Below are positions 10,115 to 22,351 of a DNA stretch of 64,000 nt, in pieces. A model generated the notes under the pieces. It saw nothing but the letters and a program-made list of their open reading frames with translations, was not told the origin of the DNA and did no database searches. Position 1 is the first letter of the stretch; the number at the start of each line of letters is the position of its first letter. The position numbers and the translations under genes were made by a program. Source of the DNA: Amoebophrya sp. A120 (Eukaryota > Protista > Dinoflagellata); NCBI GenBank assembly GCA_905178155.1, contig CAJINV010000004.1, forward strand, positions 2,781,283 through 2,845,282, read 5' to 3'.

Positions 10115-13100
10115 CTAGTACTTGACCAACGGAACGCCCACCTCCTCGCGATCCTGCACCCGCCGAGCGATCTCGCGCAGCTCGTCGGGGACCGGCTGGC
10201 CGGCCTTTTCCAGCACCTGGATCAGATGAGCAGCATAGGCGGTTTGCAGGAAAAAAACTGCTTCACCCTGCTGAATTTTCGTGCTATTGCTTTCGAGGGA
10301 ATTATACAAACATGACCAGTCGTGGTCGTGGCACTAGGACACTACTTTCGAAAAAGAACAGATGCAACACAGAGCCAGCGACAGGCACAATACAATTTGG
10401 ATTTGCACAACACCTGCTGCATGAAGCCTGCTTCCCCGTGCACGGGGGCAGGAAAGACGCGCCACAGAATTGGGTCGTTTTATGCTGGAAGCCCACAGAG
10501 CATCATCTTTATCAAAATTTAAAACTTCTCTTCACTATGAAGCAGTTTTTTTCCTTTGCATAGTCCGGGTAGTTGGGCCAGTGCTATCAAGTGTAAAAGT
10601 GTCTGGGTCTGGAAGATTGCCAGGTTTGTCATGCACATTTTGCATGACTCCTGATGTCTGTGATGCGTGCCCTAGCGCCACAGATTTTGTGAGGGCTTCC
10701 TGATGCCTATACCGCATGACAAATGCTCTGTCCGTGTAGCAAAACTTGGACTCTCTTTGCTGCTCATGCAATACAGATTTTTTTACAATCCAAAATCAGC
10801 ATGACAAGTTGGATTCTTCCAGACCCAGACATTTTTACAGTTGATAAGTACTCAAAGATCGCGATTGACGACGCCTTGGTTACCACCTCCCTGGTATAAA
10901 ATTGCAAAAGTATCGCATAATTACAGCTATGCATGACAAATTGCCTTCCTTTTCCTACGGCTCTGCCTCTGCTATAACAGCATGACAAATTCCATGATCT
11001 GTCCACACTCTTTAGCTAATTTGTATATGCAATTCAAACTAGTAACGATGTTTTTGCGCAGGATAACTGCCCCGTGCGGTTCGCCCGACACGATGCACGT
11101 AGTCTTCGAGCGAAGAAAAGTCGTAAATGAAGACGTGGGAAATGTCCGGAATGTCGAGACCGCGCCCAATCACGTCGGTTGCCACCAAAAGCCGGATCCA
11201 GCCACGCCTGTAACATCAATTCAGTGGATTTATTCTTTTTTCCGGAACTACATGACAAACTGGTGCACGGATAATCTAGATTATTGGAGGAGGACAAAGC
11301 TGTTGTGAAAGCACTCCTCTTTGCTGCCTTCGGAACATTCGGTACAACTTAAGTATCAACATTCTTACCGAAAAGATTCGATCGTGCCGGTGCGTTTATC
11401 CTGTCGCTTCCCACCGTGCAACGGTATGCTCTAAAAATCACGAGTTGATGAATTTGCATAAAAATCCCATTCCCAACAAGAATAACCAAACTTTGCCTTT
11501 CAAATTTTTTGAGTCATGATGATGCCTTTAAACTAGAAGAAAGATCTCCGCTCCAAGTCCAACGTCATCTTGCCATCACTACGTACTGAGTGGGAACAAT
11601 ATGCAAGTCGTTCTGCGAGCTTGCTAGTCACGACACACTATCACGACTTACATGACTTTGGTTTATGGACATAGACTTCGACATGCCGTAAAAAACGCAG
11701 ATAAAAAGAGGACAAGCGTGAGGCAATTACATCATCTCATCAATTATCCGAAATCAACATTTTTCTGTTTCGTAAATGCAGCTGCCTCGTTGAAGCCCAC
11801 GTTCCAGAGGTCACTGCACAAGTTGTCCGCCGTCACTTCTTATGCATTGCAAAAGCATCTTCGCACTGCAGTTCTGCATGACAAAAGTATCTTCGCACTG
11901 CAGGTCTGCATGACAAAAGTATCTTCGCACTGCAGTTCGTATAAATTGCAGTCCTGCATGACAAACTCCAGTTTTTCTTCTTGAGAAAGTTATTTGTCAT
12001 GCGCTTTATACTAGAACTGGTACGGTACTTTTGCGGAATGCATATTTTTTCCGCGACGAAAATGAGGACCTTTACGCCCTCGGGAAAGGACCGATTGGCG
12101 TTTTTCTCGTAGGCGGTTGTACTAGAATTGGAGTCAGTGGTTGCGATTGGGATGTTGTATAAGGCTTGTTCCTGCTCCTCTTCATTCTTTCTCCCCTGCT
12201 GGTCCTCTGTCGTCAACGTCGTGTAGAAGTTACTTGCACCTCCTTCATCGCACCGGCCATCGTTTTCCAGGAGGGCACCGCTGTTCGTGGAATTGGACAC
12301 CTTCAGGTCCCGACAAGAAATATGCAATGGAACAATTTTTGATGCGTGCTACCACGCGTTAGAAGAAGTCCTCCTCGCACTTTCTTACTTTAGACTTTCC
12401 TAATTAGAAATCCACATTGAAGAACAAGATGAGCTCGGAAAGTAAGTTGTAGATCAACTTCCACTATACGTTCTAAGTAAAGTGCCAGTAGTACTGGCGT
12501 GTCAGTTCTCTATACAGAAAGATCTTGACAAGTTTTCTGAAGATCATGCACCGCTGCAGATGGTAGTACTTACTCCCGCTTTCATTGATGCAGCTTCACG
12601 AAACTTTACCTTGTACTAGTGCTTGTGCTGAGGACTTGGCATGATCACCAACACAATTTTATTTTTCCTTCGGGATAATCCAGCAGTTCGGACAGAAAAT
12701 CGTAAAGTAGCTTTTTCTTCAGTGTCTGCGCTGCAGCATAATCCAGTGACGGGTCCACCACGATCACCTTCTGGTCAATCTCCGGTCGGACGGTGAGAGT
12801 GCAAGAACCGGAAAAAGAAGTATCGTGTCCCTCATGTCCCTCAAGGGCAGACGAGCCGGCTCCTGTCGTGTTGGAGGCAGCATTGATCCTCGTTGAACCG
12901 TTATACAAGAAAAAAACTGTGTAAGCGTAAATCTCTGATGCGGAAAAAGCAAAACAGTTACACTTCTTGCGCTTGTCATGCTCGACATGCATGAGCATGA
13001 TCGGCTCGTTTCCTATGTGTATGTTTTTTCCCTTCCTAACTGCGCATAACAAGTTTTTCCTATCATTGCAGACAAACTTGTGATGCTGTTTTCCCAAAAG

Positions 13101-15446
13101 ATTTACACTAACGCAGTTTTTTTCTTGGATAACCGTGAAGGTCCTGTTCGACCTCCAAAATCAGCTTCCGCTCGTTTTCCGCGAGTTCAAAGGCGACTTT
13201 TTGCACGGTCGCGTCCCACGTAGCCGTGAAAAAGTAGGTGATGCGCTTCCGTGGCGGTAGAGGACCTTCTGCTCGTCCGGGTTGCATTTTCATCGCCCGC
13301 GCGAGCTCTTCGACGACACCTCCAAACCCCTCGTCGAGCATGCGGTCCGCTTCGTCCATATCAAACAAAAAAGCGCTAACGTAAACGGTCCGTTTACGTT
13401 TAGATTTTATTTTTAGAGATTGCAGCTATGCATGACAAATTTTGCCTAGAATGCATGCTATGCAACACCAATTCCGATTCCGGGGCCATTTCTGATGCAT
13501 TACTGCATCACAAATTTTTCCGGTAACCTTAGCACTTTTTCCTGTGATAGTCCAGGACCAAAATGCCGAAGTTCCGGCTCAGGTCGAGTTTTCCATCCTC
13601 GACGAAGTCCCTCAATCTGCCCGGCGTTCCGACCACGAGACGCGCAGCACAAAGGTACGGCTCCTGGTATTTGCGCCCCTGGCCGCCGTAGCAGCATACC
13701 GAGCAGATTTTTCGGCAAAAGGTCAACTTCTCAAACTCCTTGTGGATCTGGTCTGCGAGCTCCCGGACGGGAGCGAGAACTAGTGCGCGCAGCTCCAGGC
13801 CCTGCGCCTCTGCGGCCTCGAGTTGAATGATGGTGGCTACGAGGAACGCGAGGGTTTTGCCGCTGCCCGTGCGCGCGACACCGATAATGTCGATCGGGGC
13901 GTTGAAGGTCAAGGCGTCATTTGTTACCGTAGAAGAAGCCCCCATAATTCTTGTCGCGCCCTCGTCTGTAGTTCCAGGAGCTGCACGAAGTATGGAAATA
14001 TCAGAACAACACGTTGAACTAGGCGTTTTCGCAAAGAGGTGTTGGACCGCCGGGGCCAGGAAGTATTTCTGGATCTTCATCGGTCGCGTCCACTTGTACC
14101 AGTCGAGATTGTCGAGGACGTAGCCTTATGCATTGCAAAAGTATAAGTGTCGTAGTCGTACTCGTGAATCTGAATTGCACTAGAAATTGCCTTAGCATGA
14201 CAGATTAAATCTGTATAGGCGGATTTTCCTTAAGAAAGAGATTTGCAATGCACGCACGCAATTAGTACGAGTACGATACCACTTTTCCAGTGGATAAGCC
14301 TGGAATCAAATTTTCCGTCAAGTCGTCCCGGAAACTGTCAAAAACAAACACGCTGTTGACGCCGTTTTCCGCAGCTGGAGGACCAGAGTCATTTCTGTCC
14401 TTCCCAGATGAGGATGACACGTGCTCCAAAACGATGGGCGCAGCTGCAGCAGAGACCGTCGACGAATCAGTTTCGATTTTTGTCGACAGGAGAAACTGGA
14501 TCTGGATCCGGTCTGTTTCCAGCTCCTCCAGGGTGGCGAGTTTTCCAAACGAAGTCACCTCCTGCGGGTTGAAGCGGAAACCAGATTTTTTGTACTCCGT
14601 CCAACTTCCGGCTTCGTCTTTCACCCACGTGTTGCCTTCTTTGTCGACGACTGTGCTGCTGGTGACCGGGTTTTTGGTGAAAGACGCTGCGTTTTGTTGA
14701 TTCCACGAACGAGTCGTGTAGTAGGTTGCGTTGTCTTCACCGGTCGTGGAATAGTTCTTGCTGTCCTCGTCTTCTCTGATGTTTCTGTAGTAGTTGTTTT
14801 TCCTGTCGTACGGGACGTCATTGCCGCGACCTCCACCAAAACTCCGGTAGTTCGAGGTTGTAGAAGCATGATCGTAGCTGTTGTATTTCGCTCGCCAATC
14901 TTCCGGGGCCTTCGCGGCCGTCGAAGCAGCGTCGTCGTAGTTTTCAGCCTTGTAATAGCGTGTGCTGTAGTTTCGATTTTGTTTCTGCCAGATCGTAGTA
15001 GACGATGAGTAGGACGAAAAGTCGCTTTTGTGGAGGTCGTGCGAAGGTGCTTTTCCGTCCCACTCACCGTCGCCTCGCCAATTGCCGGCACTTCCACCTT
15101 CGGGGTTGCCTCTGTCGTCGCGGTAGTTGGAATGCTGCGTGTTTCTATAGTTGTACCAGTCTCCGCTCTGTCGTCCAGTGGAGTCGCTGTAATTTTTGTC
15201 CCAAGAGGAGGCCCAACTTGACGACCCCGAGTTGGCAGCCCGCTGGTCGTGGGAAGTCGACGTGGGAAGTCGTTTATCGTTATAATTATTTTCCCTCTTC
15301 CCCCAGGGATCGTTGTTCTTGTAGTCCTGCTGCGTATCTAGCACGTGCTCACTAATAGGACCGGCCACGGTGGCTGCCGGTTCGTGCCCATGTGTCGAAC
15401 TGGGCAGGGACGTACCATTAGTTGTATCGCCGTACGCTTCTGTCAT
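10115..15446 (-). CDS. DEAD-box RNA helicase, DDX5/Dbp2 (p68)-like, with long low-complexity N-terminus
   Basis: After splicing: Q motif (WTRPMKIQ), [26 protein letters not shown]|[49 protein letters not shown], and C-terminal [16 protein letters not shown]; stop TAG at 10115-10117. Confidence 0.9.
10239..10557. mobile_element. Degenerate introner-like non-canonical intron without TAT/ATA ends
   Basis: Perfect 18-bp inverted repeat AGGAAAAAAACTGCTTCA (10248-10265 / 10538-10555); direct repeat GCATAG (10233-10238, 10558-10563); removal gives [12 protein letters not shown]. Confidence 0.7.
10585..10846. mobile_element. Introner, family B
   Basis: TATCAAGTGTAAAAGTGTCTGGGTCTGGAAG ... CTTCCAGACCCAGACATTTTTACAGTTGATA; repeats AGTGC/AGTAC; frame FEY|WPNY. 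Confidence 0.9.
10895..11065. mobile_element. Introner, family A (diverged)
   Basis: TATAAAATTGCAAAAGTATCG ... CGATGTTTTTGCGCAGGATA; repeats CCTGG/ACTGC; directly follows helicase motif VI. Confidence 0.75.
11841..12044. mobile_element. Introner, family A-like, with internal 32-bp tandem repeats
   Basis: TATGCATTGCAAAAG ... CTTTTGCGGAATGCATA; repeats CTTCT/TTTTT; splits helicase motif IV. Confidence 0.75.
12902..13131. mobile_element. Introner, family E
   Basis: TATACAAGAAAAAAACTG ... CAGTTTTTTTCTTGGATA; perfect repeat ACCGT; frame DLHG|STRIN. Confidence 0.9.
13359..13549. mobile_element. Introner, family E, inside the DEAD motif
   Basis: TATCAAACAAAAAAGCGCTAA ... TTAGCACTTTTTCCTGTGATA; perfect repeat GTCCA. 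Confidence 0.9.
14127..14296. mobile_element. Introner, family A
   Basis: TATGCATTGCAAAAGT ... ACTTTTCCAGTGGATA; perfect repeat AGCCT; frame LIPG|YVLDNL. Confidence 0.9.
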
Positions 15447-18400
15447 CCTGTTGTTCTTGCTTGAAGTACTTATATTCTTTTCTGTTCTTTTTACTGTCGT
15501 GTGCAGGTGCTGCGGTATTATGTATGATGATCTGTTTCCCTAAAAGATGCGTACGCCACTAACTTTCACATCTAGTATATCTTTGAAAACCGGCGACCAC
15601 ACGACCGCAAGCCAATGGCTTATATTAAAATTCAGTCTATAGCTGTAAAGAGTTGCTGAAGATATTACCGCTTTGCTATTCGTAATCAGCCGATTTTTTT
15701 TCTCTTAGTACTAGTAGAAGTCTACTTCGCTGCTCTATTCCATGCAGCTTTACTTGCTCGTTGAACTGGTGCACCACACACCCGCATGTTGTTCATATTC
15801 TGCCTTCAGGCCATCCTTATTCCTTTCAACTTCAAGATACAGTTTCTAAAACACTGGTCATGATTCGTTGCCCATGAACATGATTGGGTAGGTCGTCTAC
15901 GTTGCTGGCAACAATACTTCACACGTACGCAGATGACCGACGAGGAGCAGTAGAAGATCATCTGCACTTCGACGCGCCAGGCATCCTAGCCGCACTACAA
16001 CTTCCTCTTTTGTTAGTATGCTCCTCCGAAAACAACTTGCGCTTCTCGCTTCAGGACCAAGTTTGCGACTATTTTTTTTTGGTTATGGTGTCCACGCACC
16101 AACAAACACTGATGTAGTAGAACTATGCATCACAGACACAGGACACTTCATCAAGTTGACTATAACTTCAGGACGAACATCCACTTCACGGGGTAGTCGA
16201 GAAGTATTATAAAAGTCAAATCTACTACAACATCTTCTTCGGTTGATGTACCGGAATTGGTGAGCTATGAGCTGCAGATTTTCTCTTCTTCGCCGTTTTC
16301 GCTTGATACATCCATGTTTCTTTCACAACAGCATCTCCTTGGGAGACATCTAGTAAAAGCAGGTCACTCACAAAGGGATACAAAAGCAAATACGTGATGA
16401 AAAAATCAGTACTGCATGGCGGAAGCCCGCCCATTCTACGGGACTGCCAATGACAGATTTCTTCTTGTTTCGGATACATATTCATTGTTACATCCAGAAG
16501 TGTGCGCTGCTAGCTTTTTTCTCTGGGATACCATTGCACTTCTCCAGTGGTCGGTGAAGAGCATGCTATCACCCGACGTATCCACACTTGCCTTTGGATT
16601 CTCAGTAGCATGATCAACACAATACTCATGCTAATCTAATCCATGTAATAACTCAAGAAAAATACCAACTGGCTGCAGCAGCTTTGGCTACCTTAAATCT
16701 GAAAAAAAAGAAAAACGCAAGCAAAATAAATCTTGAGAGACGGGCTATCTTCTGAGTAAAGTCACAAAGATAAAAATCTTATTTAGCTGCCTTTAAAAAT
16801 TTGTTGGGAAGCGTCGCTTAGTAAAGGTTGTGAAAAAAGAAGTAAAAAGTTACTGCTCTGGACAAAATTCGAGAGCGTTGCTGAAAGCTTAAACGCGAAT
16901 TTCGCTGTGCATAAAAATTGCGCTGTGGAGAAGAGAAGCTGTTTTTTGTTTCTGTGTTTTTTGCTTTTGACGTTTTGCTGCTATCCACTTTGCGAGCTGC
17001 AGATCTTCTTGGATGATCTGTCTTACGCCGATAAAAAGACGTGTTTTTTGTTTGAGTTTTAAACTTTCTCTTTCTCGCTTTTGAGTACTAAAAGAAGTCT
17101 GGACTTGCTGACGTTGAGCGCTACTTCTCGCGACCTGCGAGCGCCTGTATGAAACAAGCTTTTTCGGCACTATATCAGCATTGAATAAACAAGAAAAACT
17201 AAACAAGGATTCGACGCAATCCCTTTATTTGTCCTAGCACGCGACATTCGATCGCACAGGTGTCGAATCACAACCCCAATCCTTGCACAGGCGCTCGGCA
17301 TCAAAACGGTACTTGCTGGTTTCCTTTTTCTGCCCGTTGCAACAGCAGTACCAGTAACCTGTGTTCGTGGTAGTTAATTATGATTTCCATTTGTGTGCTT
17401 ACAGTCTCTGCACTACACGCAGTACTACCAAAAGTCGCGCACTATGCACGCACACACATACACAACCGACAAGCACATTTCTTTGGTAATGAAGTAACAT
17501 TTCAAGAGGCGCCAGTTATTGCATAGGGTAATGCATCGTAAAAATTAAAATAGCGCACTGGCAATGGAGAGACATGACGAAGAAAAAAAATGATCATCAT
17601 TTTCATCATTTACCGTCGTGGTCGTTCTGCCGGGTCCAGCTTGTCGGCTGAGCTCGCGCCGTATTCGCTGGTTCTGCCGGTTCGTGTCCCCACGGTCTTC
17701 CTGGAAAAGAGCCGTCCTGGGCGACCCTTCGTCCGTTGCGCACTGTGCCGGCGTATGTCGGACGGTTCTGTTTTTGAAGATTGGCTTCTTTCGCGCGTCG
17801 GTATCCCAACGACCCCAAAGACAAGAGGCGCACAAGAAAAGCCAGGACGAATCTGAACACCACTAGGAATCAGAGCAGTATCCACTTTGTAACGCACTCC
17901 GGTGCTTCTCGTGTGTAGTGCAGGTTTTCCGTTCCTTCCTAAATAAGCTAGCACGAAAGTGCCCGCATCAGGGTGCTTAGAGGTAAGAGCCAATATATTT
18001 GCAACGCTAAGAAGCATACGCGCCGCAATAGTTTCCCGTGGAGAAGCTAGCGCATCTGTGGCAGTGGTTGACAAGCAAAGCAGAGGCGTTTCATGCTTTT
18101 GGCCGTTCGGCAACGTTTTGCCGTTTCGGAATTTGCCATGCGTATTTGGGCCATTTAGTGACGCTCTTCCCCCTTCCCTTTTCGTGATCACGCCCAACAT
18201 TTGGCGGGCGGCAGAGTAGTGCGCGGCTATTCTACGAGCTGAGTCAATATCTTCAGGCCCATTCTGCGGCCATTTTCTCATCGCTACTACTGATCTGCGG
18301 CATAGGTGAGGTTTTCGGAATTTATCCACTTTTTTGATTTGTCTTGCTAATCACGGCCGAGCTCTTTGATTTGGGTGGACCTCAACGAAGGTCCACCTCG

Positions 18401-18490
18401 AAAGCAAAACGAGCGAAAGTATTTGTCGCTCGCGCCGCCGTGGAGGGGGCACAAGCACAATGGCGCGGAATGTTCTACATAATTACACTA

Positions 18491-18512
18491 AGAGAGAGAG
18501 AGAGAGAGAGAG
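18491..18512. repeat. (AG)n microsatellite
   Basis: Pure AG run of about 11 units. Confidence 0.9.
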
Positions 18513-19436
18513 ACAGCCGAAGTAGTAAACTAGTCCGGACTAGAGTAACGCACACCACACAGTTGAACGAAGACCCTGCTTCCGCTCCCCCGCTTGAGTG
18601 ATGCCGTTTTTGCCCACCTCGCAACGCCCTTCTGTGGTCCGTCTGATCTACCCTCGGAATGCGCGGGCGGCGGCGTGGCCCTAGGTGTCTGCCAAGCTGA
18701 TAGAAATCCACAGAGAGTTTGGTAGTCAGTTTCGTCAAGGTCGACCGGAGGGCGTAGGGATGGTTTACCTGTGGCCTTGTAGCCCGAGTCTGGTAAGAAC
18801 CGTTCTACGCGCTGACGTCGTCCACGAGATGTCCGTGAAGAGTAAGGCGGCAAGTTAAGGGGGAATTGAGATGACGGGGAACTTAAAAAAAAAATAAAAG
18901 GCAGTCGAAAGCAAACTAGTTCCCCGGCTCGACGTGCGGCGACGCTGCCCTTCCACGCAGCGCCCCGGCGAGCAGTTGACGGCGTACTCACTCACCGGAC
19001 AGGCCGTCTCCCGTTGTTCAGCGGGGCGGCTATTCTAGCACAAAAACAATAGAAGTAGTTTTTGCGACTTCTGTCTTTCTCTTTCTTCTTACTAAGCTAC
19101 TACTACTACTATTTTTCTTTTTCTCACTAAGCTATCTGCGGACCTCGGCGGCGCATCAACCCGGTGAGTGAGTGAGGGCAGTTTGTGAAGGACGCATTTT
19201 GTGGTTTTTGTTTTTTCACCGACGTATTTTGGATCGAGGACCGACTTGCTTTTGTGTGTGTGTTTTCTGCGTCAACGTTCTTACGTTTGCTAGCGCTACC
19301 GGGGGGCTCTTCCTGTCCCCCCGGGTCCTAATGTGTTTTGATTTGGAAAGGGGTAGTATCCGTTCTCAAACAGACGCAGGATCAAACGACGCAGGTTTGA
19401 ATGTGTAGGATTGTGAAGAAGAATTTAAAAAGAATT

Positions 19437-20330
19437 TAGAGCGGGGTAACAATTGATTCAACTAAGTCGCCCCGGCGCCTTAGTCGTCCGTCCGGCCGGA
19501 CGGACGGCTAAGTCGCCGTTTGCGGCGAGAAGCTTTTCCCTTCAGGCTAGCTGCCCCCCCAGAACCAAAATCGATATCGCGAAGCGAGCACCGTCCAGAA
19601 ACCGTATGCAAAGTCGCACTTTTTCAAATGGATTTTCATGGTTTTGGCATGTTTCTTTTTTTTGGATTTCCGAAAAAAAAACGCAAACTCAGCTCGTCGT
19701 ATCATACATATTCGCCGGAAGGCGCATGGGAATGTCGCCGGAAGGCACATGGGCACGGCAAGGGGGCGCCCCGGATTTGGCGGCCGTATCTATCCCGGGA
19801 GTTGTTTGGCCGGGGCTACTTGGGCAAGCAACGCGCAACCCAAGCCGCTGGACCGATGTCCGCCGCCTTTGTTCGGCAATAACGAATGGGCGGCGCCAAC
19901 ACGCGCGCCGCCACAGCAAAAGCCTGGCGGGCCGCCGGCGGCTCGGGCTCCCTCGCAACAGCGGGGCATGAAGTTTGGCAAGCAAGCAAAAGCAGGGCAC
20001 GCATGTGGGTGCTGGGCAATCACTTGCAGCGCTTCGCCGTGTGTGTTTGCTGGGCATGAAGCTGCACAACAAGCACAACGCGGGGAAACATAGAACAGGA
20101 GCTGCACAACATCGGCGCCCCAGCGAGCTTTTCTTTGCGTTTAAAATGCAGGCGGGCCGCTGAGTGGCCGGCTTCTAGCGTTGTCTTTTTTTCAGCAAGA
20201 GGCGCGCCAACATGCGGAGAAAAATCCGGGCCGTGAATCGTTGGCGCCTGAATCAATTTGGCCCGGTGAGAAACTGGCGCCCCGAATTTTTACCGCGCGG
20301 AACTCTGCTTCGTTTTTTTCACAAGGAGAC
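19437..20330. mobile_element. GC-rich probable transposon fragment sharing its terminus with the MITE at 63246; right end approximate
   Basis: Begins TAGAGCGGGGTAACAA, identical to 63246-63261, followed by a CCGGCCGG-centred hairpin. No matching right TIR found. Confidence 0.5.
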
Positions 20331-20805
20331 CAAAAGCTCTAGCGGTCGACCTCGAGTGGTCGCCCTCAACTTTTGATCAACTTAGATCAGCCGTTCGCCC
20401 ATTATAGGCGAAGTCTTTTATTTTTCTGACCTCTAGAGGTCGCTCCTCTCCTTTGCTATCGGTCTGGACCTGGAGCATACCGTCGGGGAAAAAAATATAC
20501 AAAAAAAACAAAAACCCCCGACCTCTAGAGCTTTTCCTCAGGTTTTCGTCAAAATGGCACATACAATAAATCAGCCACAGCATCGCGCTTGGCCAATTTT
20601 CAAAAAGTCGCTGCTTTTCGGTTTGGTCTCGTTTTCGTCAGGTTTTGGTCAAGTTTTCGCCACAGTATTATCGCGATTAAGATTCCCATACCTTATTTGG
20701 TCTCTCCTTTTTGGTCAAGTTGCTACGAGTCTACAGCTCTCTAATACTATGAAGCTGCTCTGTTTACATCGACCTGGGGCGGTCGGTGGCGAGAAGCAAG
20801 ACGAC

Positions 20806-21033
20806 CTAAAACCAGCAAAGTGGAAGACTTACCACACTGCCGAATACCGGACTCGCTTTCTCTACATATGCCGTAGCTTGTCCGTCACTCCCGATCACGG
20901 CCTGCTGGTCCAGCCCGGGCTTGGCCTGTTCGTCAGTAAACTCGGTCTCGACGGGGGGGACTAACCCATAAACCGCTGTCGCAGCAAGGACCCCGGCAGA
21001 GCGCACCAGCTTCTTCAGGATTCCGAACGCCAT
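20806..21033 (-). CDS. Small protein with signal-peptide-like N-terminus, paralog 1 (first exon; 3' end uncertain)
   Basis: MAFGILKKLVRSAGVLAATAVYGLVPPVETEFTDEQAKPGLDQQAVIGSDGQATAYVEKA aligns with the gene at 45883-47939. Confidence 0.65.
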   Translation of the reverse strand: MAFGILKKLVRSAGVLAATAVYGLVPPVETEFTDEQAKPGLDQQAVIGSDGQATAYVEKASPVFGSVVSLPLCWF

Positions 21034-22351
21034 TCTGGTGGGTGTTGTCTTTGTGGGTCTTTCTATTTCTTTCTACAAAAGACGAAGTAATGGAAGAGTA
21101 CAAGGACGGAGCGGGCTGATGCAATCTAGTATGTAAAAGTCCTTGCCGCGGTACTTAGTTCGTGATTGCGTTGCTGGCCGCGTACTTTTGGTTTTGCGCC
21201 TCTAGAACATGCAAGCTGTACAATTATACCGTTTTAGTACTTCGCTCGCGCTTTCGCTCAGATGATGCGCAACAGGCCAGCGCTATGAGTTCGAGCATGG
21301 TTATTCCCTAAAGAGATACATCTTTCACTCAACTGCTTTGCCTTTGCTTGGTCCTATATGCAGTTGGCCCTCATCACGCAGAAACACGCTCGGGCGGCTC
21401 GTTGTGCTTCTTCTGTCTTTTCTACTATTCTGTTGTCAGCGCTACTCTATGCCAGCACGTCGCTTTTCCTTTTGTTCGTTTTCCTCGTATAAATTGGAAT
21501 TGCTTCTTCAGCTTGCTTCAAGAAGCATTTTGTAAACGCTGGCCATAAGTACGCGTATTAATACGTTGGCGAAATCTAGTACGTGCCCCACGCTCAAGCA
21601 GATGACTGACAAGATTCTCATCCGCACTTACTTTCTTGCGCCGAGCATCGCCCTAGTCGTCCTGCTTTCTAGTTTGTACTATATGCTCCTTGTCTGAGAA
21701 GTTGTGCTTCTCGCTGCAGAAGAAAAATCCGACCATGTTTTATCCGGTTTTGGTTCCCCAGAGCGAAGTTGCTGAGTTAAATTTACAACTTTTTGACGAA
21801 CACCACGCGGCCGCCTTCATCCGATTGCCAAGAAGTATTCAAGAGACCAGACGAGAAAGCTAAATCTACATCTTCAGGTTCACTTGATGCAGCAGACACT
21901 GGTCCATTTCCCGTTGGTCCGTCTTATTCGGGGTTCTCGAGGCGGTTAAAATCATGTAAGAGCCTCGCGTCTGTGCAACGCTATTGGTAAGCAAGCTTTG
22001 AGCTGCTACAGATTCTCTCATATTCCCGTTTCTGCTATACGTGTTTCATCTCCGCAGGAGCTCCTTTGGGGACATGTACACAGTCCAGATCTACTCCAGT
22101 CGGTGGACGGATGGTCGAGTCGAAGTTTCAATGCTGCCCAAGAGCCCCGTGGATCGAGTCCAACTTTGCCGCCAGCTGTTCGCGTTCGGTAGTATGGAGA
22201 GGAAAAATTCTTATCCTAAACACGTAGTAGCTCCTCAAGTTCGTCGTGCTTTCATGAAAAGCCGCGAAGGGAAAACAAATCCGCTTCTGCTTTTGTTTTC
22301 TGGTGCTGGTCCTTTGTGCTGCATGACAAGTTGTGATCTATCATCGCACTG

